A DNA stretch of 64,000 nucleotides from Candidatus Ornithoclostridium faecigallinarum (GTDB lineage Bacteria; Bacillota; Clostridia; Christensenellales; UBA3700), in contig DVOI01000001.1 in the NCBI GenBank assembly GCA_018713665.1, positions 6,346 through 70,345 of the forward strand, read 5' to 3'. The number at the start of each line of letters is the position of its first letter. Within the stretch, counting starts at the first letter, position 1. The notes below the pieces were generated by a model, which ran no database searches, was not told the origin of the DNA, and was given only the letters and a program-made list of their open reading frames with translations. Below are positions 35,431-43,643 of this stretch, in pieces. The position numbers and the translations under genes were made by a program.

Positions 35431-36963
35431 TTACTCCTCTTCGGGAGCGGGATTGTTGGTGATGTAGGTCTCCTTGTCCGCGTCCGTCATGAACTTGGGG
35501 ATCGTGCCGTCCTCGGTCTTGTCGGATTCCTCATATCCGCTTGCCATCTTGCCCTCGGAGACGTCATCAATGCCGTCCTCCATAAATGTCGCGGGGATGT
35601 CCATGCGGAAGGTGTAGCTGTAGGTGTTGTCGATGTAGTACAGCGCTCCGTCTACAATCGTCGGGACGAGCCACGAGGTGTTGATTGCGTCCGCGCTGAC
35701 GCGGTGCGCCTCCGGCATCGGGGCGGCAGCGTCGTTCGCCTTGGCGAGAAGTCCCGTAGCGACATAGAGGTTGTTGGAGACGATGTAGTAGAGCGTGTCG
35801 CTCGCGACGTCATACTCGAGCACGGTCGCGGAGCCGGACAACGCATAGTCTTCGGCGTCGATTGTGACCTGCACGCCGTCCGCGGCAATTGGCTTGTAGA
35901 CGGTGAACACGTTGGACGAGAGCACCGCCGCGCCGTTGTCGAGCCCGATGTGTATGATGCCCGACAGCGAAGACTCGGCGAGTTTGACCTCTTTGGTCTT
36001 GTCAAACGACGGAGCCGCGCCGGTGAACTTGATACCGTAGGTGCGCGCGCTCGAATCCACGCCGGCCGCTGCGGTCCTGGTGTAGTAGAGCGTCACGCCG
36101 TCCGCGTCGTCGCCGACCGAGAGCACGGAGATTGTGTATTGATTCTCTCTGTCTCCGACCGCGCCGTCCTTGCCCCACGTCGTCGCGTCAATCAACTTGA
36201 TCGGCTCGCCGCCGTTGGTCGCGTACAGCTCGTTGCCGTAAACATTGCCCTCTTCGGAATCGGACGTCTTGGTATAGAAGACGTAGTCCTTGACGCTGCC
36301 CTCAGCGGCGTTGGGGTCGTAAGTGTCGTTGTGGTGGAAGGTGACCGCCGAGATGTTGTCGTCAATCACGGTCGCCGCCTTGTCCACCGCGGACGCGGTG
36401 TAGCCGACCTTGTAGAGCGTGCCGCTGTTGTAGTAGATGAGCGCGTTCGGGGTGAACACGTAGTTGACGGTCGCGCCCTCAACCATCGTAATCAGCTGAG
36501 TGCCGGTGCCGTCAATCTTGGTGCGGTAGTATTCGAGGAAATCGACCTGAACGACGCCGTCACGGTCGGTCTTGGTCGTCGGAGAGACATAGTAAATCCA
36601 CTCGCCGAAGAGGTAGATGCCGCCCGAAGCGTACGAGGTCATGAACATCTTGGGGACGACCACAGCGGTGTCGGTCAACGTCCCGTCCTCGCCGATTTTG
36701 CTCTTCATGATGCTGCCCTTGACGGACGCTTTGCCGAAGTAGTTGTCGGACGGCGCGGTGATGTTGTCGGTGCTGTCGTGACCGTTGATGTAGTAGAGCC
36801 AATCTCCCTGCTTGACCGCAAGGGAGCCGTTGTTCTCGACGACGGCGTTTGCGTCGCCGCCCTCAACGGGGCCCCATTCAAAGCTTTGACCGCATGCGGC
36901 AAGAGCCGCCACCATGCAGATGAGCAGCGCCGCTATCAAAACTTTTTTGAATGCTTTCGTCAT
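35431..36963 (-). CDS. DUF5050-like beta-propeller lipoprotein
   Basis: 510 aa; lipobox LAACGQ; recurring blade motif (WLYYING, WIYYVSP, LIYYNSG, TLYYTRT, TLYYIVS, ALYYIDN); GGAGT RBS. Confidence 0.6.
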   Translation of the reverse strand: MTKAFKKVLIAALLICMVAALAACGQSFEWGPVEGGDANAVVENNGSLAVKQGDWLYYINGHDSTDNITAPSDNYFGKASVKGSIMKSKIGEDGTLTDTAVVVPKMFMTSYASGGIYLFGEWIYYVSPTTKTDRDGVVQVDFLEYYRTKIDGTGTQLITMVEGATVNYVFTPNALIYYNSGTLYKVGYTASAVDKAATVIDDNISAVTFHHNDTYDPNAAEGSVKDYVFYTKTSDSEEGNVYGNELYATNGGEPIKLIDATTWGKDGAVGDRENQYTISVLSVGDDADGVTLYYTRTAAAGVDSSARTYGIKFTGAAPSFDKTKEVKLAESSLSGIIHIGLDNGAAVLSSNVFTVYKPIAADGVQVTIDAEDYALSGSATVLEYDVASDTLYYIVSNNLYVATGLLAKANDAAAPMPEAHRVSADAINTSWLVPTIVDGALYYIDNTYSYTFRMDIPATFMEDGIDDVSEGKMASGYEESDKTEDGTIPKFMTDADKETYITNNPAPEEE

Positions 36964-37009
36964 ATTTTACTCCTGTATATGCGTCTGCGAATATTTCACA
37001 AGTATATAC

Positions 37010-37038
37010 ATTATAATATACCGCCCGCGAATTGGCAA
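37010..37038 (-). promoter_or_regulatory. SigA-type promoter of the DUF5050-like gene
   Basis: Minus strand TTGCCA - 17 nt - TATAAT. Confidence 0.7.
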
Positions 37039-37088
37039 ACGTTTTTTGCGCAAAAATTACGCTTGCGCGGACAAATGCGGCTCAAAAT

Positions 37089-37114
37089 ACAAAAAACCGC
37101 CGTCCCGTGCGGTT
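37089..37114 (-). terminator. terminator downstream of ung
   Basis: AACCGC-8 nt-GCGGTT followed by TTTTTGTATTTT on the minus strand; lies 157 nt after the ung stop. Confidence 0.55.
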
Positions 37115-37270
37115 CCGTTTCTGCGTCCGAGCCTCTTCTCGAAACGCCTTTTTGATTGTATCGACGTCGGCCTTCGACGGATTCCTCACCGCTCCGACCG
37201 ACACGAAGAACGACGCTTTGGCGCCGCCGCAAAACCGCCGTTCGTTCGAAAAATCTTGACCTGTATGCGG

Positions 37271-37975
37271 TTATTCCCCTCGTTTTGCCGCTTCGTATTC
37301 GGCGAGCGAACGCTTTGACCAGTCAATCGGGCGCATGCCGTGCGCGGTCAAAAACTCGTTCGCCTTGGAGAAGTGGCGGCACTCCAAAAAACCTTGATAG
37401 AACGACAGCGGACTCGGGTGCACGCTCTCGAGTACGAGGTGTCGAGACTTGTCTATCATCGCGCCCTTGCGCTTGGCGTAGCCGCCCCAAAGCATGAACA
37501 CGAGCGGTTTTTGCCGCGCCGCGAGCATCGCGACGACCGCGTCGGTGAACCTCTCCCAGCCCTTGCCGGCATGGCTTTGCGGTCTGCCCTCGCGCACCGT
37601 AAGCACGCTGTTGAGCAGCAGCACGCCCTGCTTCGCCCAGCCGCGCAAGTCGCCGCAGCTCGTAGGCTCTATCCCGAGGTCGTATTGCAACGCCTTGTAG
37701 ATGTTGACGAGCGACGGCGGACACGCAATCCCCTCGCCGACCGAAAAGCACAAGCCGTTGGCTTGCCCCGCGCCGTGATAGGGGTCCTGACCCAAGATGA
37801 CGACCTCGGTATCGTCGTACGAAGAATACTCGAACGCCGCCAAGATTTCCTTCATCGGCGGATATACCCTGCCGTTGCGGTACTCTTCGCGCAAAAAGTC
37901 GCGCAGTTTCGCCATATATTCGCTCGACGTCTCCGCGGCGAGCTTTTGATCCCAATCGTTGCCCAAATGCGTCAT
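37271..37975 (-). CDS. ung: uracil-DNA glycosylase, family 1
   Basis: 234 aa from ATG 37975; GQDPYHG and HPSPLS motifs; N-terminus length matches B. subtilis Ung. Confidence 0.92.
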   Translation of the reverse strand: MTHLGNDWDQKLAAETSSEYMAKLRDFLREEYRNGRVYPPMKEILAAFEYSSYDDTEVVILGQDPYHGAGQANGLCFSVGEGIACPPSLVNIYKALQYDLGIEPTSCGDLRGWAKQGVLLLNSVLTVREGRPQSHAGKGWERFTDAVVAMLAARQKPLVFMLWGGYAKRKGAMIDKSRHLVLESVHPSPLSFYQGFLECRHFSKANEFLTAHGMRPIDWSKRSLAEYEAAKRGE

Positions 37976-37981
37976 AGCGAT

Positions 37982-38011
37982 ATTGTACACCCAGGGAGCG
38001 GCGTTTGTCAA
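37982..38011 (-). promoter_or_regulatory. promoter placed for a leaderless ung transcript
   Basis: Minus strand TTGACA - 18 nt - TACAAT, then 6 nt (atcgct), then ATG; no RBS. Confidence 0.6.
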
Positions 38012-38028
38012 CGCGCGCCCGCATACGA

Positions 38029-38058
38029 TTGACATCCGCCGCGCCGAAGTTGTAAACT
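38029..38058 (+). promoter_or_regulatory. promoter placed for a leaderless PHP-phosphatase transcript
   Basis: TTGACA - 18 nt - TAAACT, then 6 nt (gtaggc), then ATG 38065. Confidence 0.55.
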
Positions 38059-38064
38059 GTAGGC

Positions 38065-38880
38065 ATGAAAGAGATCATCGATTGCCATACTCATTGTGAC
38101 TTTTCTCACGACAGCACGGCGCCGGCGCGCGACATGATCGAAGGCGCGCTCGCCAAGGGGCTGTCCTATTTTGCGATCACCGACCACTGCGACAAGGACT
38201 GCGAGGTCTTGCCCGGCTACGAATATATCCGCCAAATCGACCTTCCTCGCCGCTTTGAAGAGATAGAGCGCCTGCGCGACGAATACCGCGGCATGCTCGA
38301 CGTCGCCGTCGGGATAGAATACGGCTGGCTTGCCGCCGCCGACCCTCTTTACATCGAGATAAACAAGCAATACGAGACGGACATCGTCATCAACTCCGTC
38401 CACCTCGTGTCGGGCGAGGACTGCTACTTCGCGCCCTTCTTCGACAAGCGCACCCGGCGCGAAGCGTACACCGAATACCTTCAAGACGTGTCCGCGAGCG
38501 TGGACGCGCCGTACGATTACGACGTCATCGGCCACATAGGCTATGTGATACGCAAGGCTCCGTATGAGGACAAAGTGATGCGCTACGCCGACTACTCCGA
38601 CCTGCTCGACGAGATCTTGCGCAAGCTGATCGCAAAGGGCAAAGCTCTCGAGCTCAACAGCCACGCCGAAGGGACGGGGCTGGACTTTTTGCCCGAACCG
38701 GACACTCTGCGCCGCTACCGTGAACTTGGCGGCGAGCTGGTGACATTCGGCTCGGACGCCCACGCTTCCGAGAATATTGCGCGCAATTTCGACCTTGTCT
38801 GCGAGGCGCTCAAAGCGGCGGGATTCAAGTATCTGTTCAAATACAAGGCGCATTCGCCGATTGCGATAAAGTTGGATTGA
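38065..38880 (+). CDS. histidinol-phosphatase (HisJ/PHP) family protein
   Basis: 271 aa; N-terminal CHTHCDFSHDS PHP motif; HisJ-like length. Confidence 0.75.
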   Translation: MKEIIDCHTHCDFSHDSTAPARDMIEGALAKGLSYFAITDHCDKDCEVLPGYEYIRQIDLPRRFEEIERLRDEYRGMLDVAVGIEYGWLAAADPLYIEINKQYETDIVINSVHLVSGEDCYFAPFFDKRTRREAYTEYLQDVSASVDAPYDYDVIGHIGYVIRKAPYEDKVMRYADYSDLLDEILRKLIAKGKALELNSHAEGTGLDFLPEPDTLRRYRELGGELVTFGSDAHASENIARNFDLVCEALKAAGFKYLFKYKAHSPIAIKLD

Positions 38881-38897
38881 CGCACACGGGCACGAAA
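38881..38897 (+). repeat. copy C of intergenic motif
   Basis: CGCACACGGGCACGAAA, identical to copy D; fills most of the 22-nt gap before the RBS-less rsmF-like ATG. Confidence 0.55.
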
Positions 38898-38902
38898 AAA
38901 CT

Positions 38903-40255
38903 ATGACGAAATACGATGCATACACCGAACGCATAAAACGCCTTCTTCCCGACGAGTGGGAGGCGTTTTTGCGCGCCTCGGCATGCGCTCCGTCGCTGAG
39001 AGTAAACACCTTGAAAATGACGTCGGCGCGGCTCGAACCCCTGCTCGGCGTGCCGCTCGACCCCGTCGAATGGTGCGAGGACGGACGCTACTATCCCGAA
39101 GATTTTGCCGCCGGCAAGACGACGCTTCACGAAGCGGGAGCGTACTACATCCAAGAGGCGAGCGCAATGCTTCCGGCAACTCTGCTCGACGCGCGCCCGA
39201 GCGAACTCGTCCTCGACCTGTGCGCCGCTCCGGGGGGTAAGAGCGGTCAGCTCGCCGCCGCGATGAAGGGCGAGGGGCTTCTCGTCTGCAACGAGGTCGT
39301 ACCCTCTCGCGCCGCGATTCTGTCGCGCAACATCGAGAGGCTGGGCGTACGCAACGCCGTCGTACTCAACGAGAGCGTGCCGCGGCTGCAGACGCGCTTT
39401 CCTTCCGCATTCGACAAGGTCTTGGTCGACGCGCCGTGTTCGGGCGAGGGCATGTTCGCCAAAGATCCTAACGCACGCGCCGAATGGACGGCGGACTCTC
39501 CGACGATATGCGCGGCGCGCCAAAAGGCAATCTTGGACAGCGCGGCGGCGATGCTCAAATCGGGCGGCGTGCTCTGTTACAGCACCTGCACCTTCGCCCC
39601 CGAAGAGAACGAATTGCAAGTCGAAGACTTTTTGCGCTCTCATCCCGAGTTCGAACTTGTCAAACTTCGCACCGCGATTCCGCAGCCTCGTCTTGCCGAC
39701 TTTGTGCCGAAAGCCGTCGCGTCGAAGTGCGTGCGCGTCATGCCTCACCTTGCGCGCGGCAACGGGCACTTCTGCGCGCTGATGCGCAAGACTGACGGCG
39801 ATGACATCTCCCTTCCGAAGGGGAAATATTCCGTCCCCCGCGCGATGGCGCGCGTCTGGGACGACTTTGCGAAAAGCGCTCTCAAAACAACGTCGATTGC
39901 CCCCAATGCGGCGTTCGGCGACTCCCTCGTCATGCTTCCGGAATGCTGTCCCGACCTGTCCGGGCTCAAGATCTTGCGCTCGGGCTTGAGGCTGGGCGAC
40001 GTCGTCAAGGGCAGACTCGACCCCTCGCACTCGCTCGCCGCCGCACTCTCGGCGGACGACGCGACAAATGTACTCAATCTGCCGCACGACAGCCGCGCAG
40101 CGCGCGACTATCTGTTCGGCGCGACGCTCGAGAGCGACGCGCGCGGCTGGTGTTTGGTCGCGGCGAGCGGCTGTTCGCTGGGCTGGGGCAAAGGCTCGGA
40201 CGGCACAATCAAAAATCACTATCCCAAAGGCTTGCGCCCGACGCGCAGCCACTGA
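38903..40255 (+). CDS. RsmB/RsmF-type (NOL1/NOP2/Sun) rRNA cytosine-C5 methyltransferase
   Basis: 450 aa; SAM motif DLCAAPGGKS, catalytic DAPCSGEG and YSTCT Cys motifs. Confidence 0.85.
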   Translation: MTKYDAYTERIKRLLPDEWEAFLRASACAPSLRVNTLKMTSARLEPLLGVPLDPVEWCEDGRYYPEDFAAGKTTLHEAGAYYIQEASAMLPATLLDARPSELVLDLCAAPGGKSGQLAAAMKGEGLLVCNEVVPSRAAILSRNIERLGVRNAVVLNESVPRLQTRFPSAFDKVLVDAPCSGEGMFAKDPNARAEWTADSPTICAARQKAILDSAAAMLKSGGVLCYSTCTFAPEENELQVEDFLRSHPEFELVKLRTAIPQPRLADFVPKAVASKCVRVMPHLARGNGHFCALMRKTDGDDISLPKGKYSVPRAMARVWDDFAKSALKTTSIAPNAAFGDSLVMLPECCPDLSGLKILRSGLRLGDVVKGRLDPSHSLAAALSADDATNVLNLPHDSRAARDYLFGATLESDARGWCLVAASGCSLGWGKGSDGTIKNHYPKGLRPTRSH

Positions 40256-40277
40256 TTTTTGACTTGCTTTTACGCAT

Positions 40278-40316
40278 AAAAAACGGCCTCGCGTTTTGCG
40301 AAGCCGTCGTTTTTTA
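40278..40316. terminator. bidirectional terminator shared by the convergent rsmF-like and capD-like genes
   Basis: ACGGCCTCGC-gtttt-GCGAAGCCGT (one mismatch) flanked by A5 and T5/T-rich runs. Confidence 0.7.
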
Positions 40317-42515
40317 TTTGCGTTTTGCGCTCTGTTTTTTGCCGCCGCCCTTTGGCTTTCCCGTCTTTTCTTTGGACTTTTCCTCTTTACCGTCTTCGGC
40401 GGATTGTTCCGGCTCTGCCCTTTCGGAGGCCTCTTCCGTGACCGGCTCGGGCTTGCCGCCGCTCTCTTGTGCCGGCGCCTGTTTGCCGGCGTCCGTCTCT
40501 TTGCTCGCCTTCTCCTCTTCCGCCCTGACCTTTTCGGCGTACTCCTTTTGATATTGAGCGTCCTTCTTCATCATCTGCTCAAAGTAGACGGTGTCGTGAT
40601 GAAAGGTCGGCACGAGCACTTTGAGCTGATCGACGACAGCCTGTTTGTCGTTGGACGCGCATATGTCGCGCATTTTCTCGATCTCGGCGATGAACTTGTC
40701 CGCGTCGATGTGCACCTGCTTGCCGATGAAGATCTTGTTGTTGTCCGTCTTGCGCAGGCCTTCCTCTTTCATCAACAGCTCTTCGTACAGCTTTTCGCCG
40801 GGACGAAGTCCCGTGAACTTGATTTGAATGTCCTCATAGGGCGTATAGCCCATCATCTTGATCATGTTCTCGGCGAGAGTTACAATCTTGACCGGCTCGC
40901 CCATATCGAGCACGAAGATTTCGCCGCCGTGAGCGTACGCGCCGGCTTGCAGCACGAGGCTGACCGCCTCGGGAATCGTCATGAAGTATCTGATGATTTC
41001 GGGGTGAGTGACGGTGACGGGACCGCCCTTTTTTATTTGCTCTTTGAACAGCGGTATCACCGACCCGTTGGAGCCGAGCACGTTGCCGAACCTGACCGCG
41101 GCGAACTCGGTGACCGAATTGCCGTAAAGCTGGTGCATGGTCTCGATGATCTCTTCGCAGCAGCGCTTTGTCGCGCCCATGACGTTGGTGGGGTTGACCG
41201 CCTTGTCGGTGGAGATCATGATGAACTTGCCGACTTTGTATTCGTACGAAAGCCTGACGACGTTGAGCGTGCCGAACACGTTGTTTTTGACCGCCTCTTC
41301 GGGGTTGGTCTCCATCAGCGGCACGTGTTTGTGCGCGGCGGCGTGGAAGACGATTTGCGGATGATATTCCTCGAACAGGTCGCGCATCTTGCCCTCGTCC
41401 GTGACGGACGCAATCTCGACGTTGAGGTCGACGGCGTCGCCGTAGTTGCGCTTCATCTCCTGCTGTATCTCATACGCGCAATTTTCGTATATGTCGAGGA
41501 TGATTATCCGGCGCGGATTGAACTTCGCAATCTGCCGCACGAGCTCGCTTCCAATCGAACCGCCTCCGCCCGTAATCAAGCACACCTTGTCTTGGATATA
41601 TCCCTTGACGCCCTTGTCGTTGAACGAGATTTGCTCTCTGCCGAGAAGGTCTCCGATATTGATATCGCGCGCCTGCCCGACGAGGTCGACATTGTTGATC
41701 ATCTCGCTCATATAGGGCAATACCTTGAGCTGGCAGCCGGTCTGCATGCACAGCGACAAGATGGATTGGCGAGTCTTCGGGTCTATGGAAGGAATCGCAA
41801 AGATAATCGTGCTGACGTCGTATTTACGCACGAGTCTGGGGATCTCTTTTGTCGTACCGACGACCTCGACGTCGCCGATGATGCGGCCGAGCTTGTCCGG
41901 ATCGTCGTCGACGAGACAGACGGGATTGTAGATGCTGCTGCCGCGCGACAGCTCCTCCAAAATCGCGCTGGCGGTGAAGCCGGCGCCGATGATCATGGTG
42001 CGCTTTTTCTGACGCGGCAGCGCCCTGTCGCGCAGGCGCGCATAGACCATTTCGTATATGAGGCGCGAAACGATGATTACGCCCGTTGTCGAAAAGAAGA
42101 TGTTGAAGTAGACGGGATAGGCTTTGAGGTTTTCGCCGATCTGTTCAAAGTCCTCGGCGATGGGCATCTTGCCCGAAAGCCAATGCAAAAACGCCTGGTC
42201 GAGAATCGCAAGCAGCACTGTGGCGACGAGCGTCGCTCCGACTATGCGGAGATAGTCCCTGCCACGCGCATAACGCCACACGACCTTGTTGACCCTGAAC
42301 GCCCAAAGGCAGATGACGAACAAGACCGCGGCGACCGGCAGCGCCTTGAAGGCGTTGACAATGATCTCGGTGCCTATGATGTATGCCTGACCGAGAATGA
42401 CCGATCCCATATAGCATACGCATACCATGAGCGTGTCCGCGATGAGCATCGCCCATTCGCGGAGCGTGCGTATGCTGTACGCCTCTTTCTTGATCTTGAT
42501 CTTGACCTTCTTCAT
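40314..42515 (-). CDS. membrane-anchored CapD/PglF/WbpM-type NDP-sugar 4,6-dehydratase (polysaccharide biosynthesis protein)
   Basis: 733 aa; N-terminal TM helices, Rossmann motif ITGGGGSIGSEL, CapD core; about 90-aa K/E-rich C-terminal tail. Confidence 0.85.
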   Translation of the reverse strand: MKKVKIKIKKEAYSIRTLREWAMLIADTLMVCVCYMGSVILGQAYIIGTEIIVNAFKALPVAAVLFVICLWAFRVNKVVWRYARGRDYLRIVGATLVATVLLAILDQAFLHWLSGKMPIAEDFEQIGENLKAYPVYFNIFFSTTGVIIVSRLIYEMVYARLRDRALPRQKKRTMIIGAGFTASAILEELSRGSSIYNPVCLVDDDPDKLGRIIGDVEVVGTTKEIPRLVRKYDVSTIIFAIPSIDPKTRQSILSLCMQTGCQLKVLPYMSEMINNVDLVGQARDINIGDLLGREQISFNDKGVKGYIQDKVCLITGGGGSIGSELVRQIAKFNPRRIIILDIYENCAYEIQQEMKRNYGDAVDLNVEIASVTDEGKMRDLFEEYHPQIVFHAAAHKHVPLMETNPEEAVKNNVFGTLNVVRLSYEYKVGKFIMISTDKAVNPTNVMGATKRCCEEIIETMHQLYGNSVTEFAAVRFGNVLGSNGSVIPLFKEQIKKGGPVTVTHPEIIRYFMTIPEAVSLVLQAGAYAHGGEIFVLDMGEPVKIVTLAENMIKMMGYTPYEDIQIKFTGLRPGEKLYEELLMKEEGLRKTDNNKIFIGKQVHIDADKFIAEIEKMRDICASNDKQAVVDQLKVLVPTFHHDTVYFEQMMKKDAQYQKEYAEKVRAEEEKASKETDAGKQAPAQESGGKPEPVTEEASERAEPEQSAEDGKEEKSKEKTGKPKGGGKKQSAKRK

Positions 42516-42612
42516 CTTCCTTGTCCCGCCATACCTTTGCGGCGATGTTCCTCTTCTCTATTATTTTCGTATCTGTGTCTGTTATCCGCACATTATCGCG
42601 GCTGCGACGAGT

Positions 42613-43626
42613 TCAGTCGTCGTAGCCGTTGGGGTTGTTGACCTGCCATCTCCAGCTGTCTTCGCACATGTCTTTGAGGTCGTATCTGCACTCAAAGCCT
42701 ATCTCTTTTTTCGCAAGAGAGCTGTCTGCATAGCACTCGGCGATGTCGCCGGGGCGCCTCGGAGCGATGACGTAGGGGATCGCCTTGCCGCTCGCCTTCT
42801 CGAACGCCTTGACGATCTGAAGCACGCTGTACCCCTTGCCCGTGCCGAGGTTGTAGGTCACAAGGCCGCTGCCCTCCGCAAGTTTGTTGAGCGCGAGCAA
42901 GTGTCCTCTCGCAAGGTCGAGCACATGGATGTAGTCCCTGACGCCCGTGCCGTCCTCGGTCGGATAGTCGTTGCCGAACACGTTGAGCTGTTTGAGCTTG
43001 CCGATCGCGACCTGCGTGATGTAGGGCACAAGGTTGTTGGGGATGCCGTTGGGATCCTCGCCGATGAGTCCGCTCTTGTGCGCGCCGATGGGGTTGAAGT
43101 AGCGCAGGATCGCGATGTTCATCGTCTTGTCCGCCTTGTAGACGTCGCGCAAGATGTCCTCGATCATCAATTTGGTCGTGCCGTACGGGTTGGTCGTCGA
43201 CAGCGGGAAATCCTCTTTGATGGGCACGCTCTTGGGCTGACCGTAGACGGTCGCCGACGACGAGAACACGAAATTCTTGCAGCCGTATTCTCTCATCACC
43301 GCCAAGAGCACGAGGGTGCTGACGAGGTTGTTGGTGTAATATTCGAGCGGTTTTTGCACCGACTCACCCACGGCTTTGAGTCCGGCAAAGTGAATGACCG
43401 CGTCCGGTTTTTCCGCCTTGAAGATGCCTTCCATCGCCTCTTTGTCGCAGACGTCCGCGCGATAGAACGCGAACTCTTTGCCGGTGATCTTGCGCACGCG
43501 GTCGAGCACCGTGGGCTTGCTGTTGGCGAAGTTGTCTACGACGACGACCTCGAAGTCGTTGTCGAGCAGATCGACCGTGGTGTGCGAGCCGATGTAGCCG
43601 GCTCCGCCCGTAACCAAAACTTTCAT
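42613..43626 (-). CDS. galE: UDP-glucose / UDP-GlcNAc 4-epimerase
   Basis: 337 aa from ATG 43626 (GGAGG RBS); MKVLVTGGAGYIGSH; upstream extension of the track ORF rejected. Confidence 0.92.
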   Translation of the reverse strand: MKVLVTGGAGYIGSHTTVDLLDNDFEVVVVDNFANSKPTVLDRVRKITGKEFAFYRADVCDKEAMEGIFKAEKPDAVIHFAGLKAVGESVQKPLEYYTNNLVSTLVLLAVMREYGCKNFVFSSSATVYGQPKSVPIKEDFPLSTTNPYGTTKLMIEDILRDVYKADKTMNIAILRYFNPIGAHKSGLIGEDPNGIPNNLVPYITQVAIGKLKQLNVFGNDYPTEDGTGVRDYIHVLDLARGHLLALNKLAEGSGLVTYNLGTGKGYSVLQIVKAFEKASGKAIPYVIAPRRPGDIAECYADSSLAKKEIGFECRYDLKDMCEDSWRWQVNNPNGYDD

Positions 43627-43643
43627 GATGTCAATGCCTCCGT

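Noticed and set aside
34873-37155. 760-aa plus-strand ORF spanning the EEP and DUF5050 lipoprotein genes
   Set aside because: It crosses two terminators and an intergenic promoter. The sequence is a repetitive V/D/R/G composition typical of an antisense frame. The minus-strand genes have signal peptides, RBSs and family motifs.
38837-40252. 471-aa minus-strand ORF antisense to the rsmF-like gene (and 38008-39009 antisense to the PHP phosphatase)
   Set aside because: No motifs and an Arg-rich sequence. The plus frames carry the SAM-MTase and PHP motifs.
40296-42641. 781-aa plus-strand ORF antisense to the capD-like gene
   Set aside because: A shadow ORF. The minus frame has Rossmann and CapD motifs.
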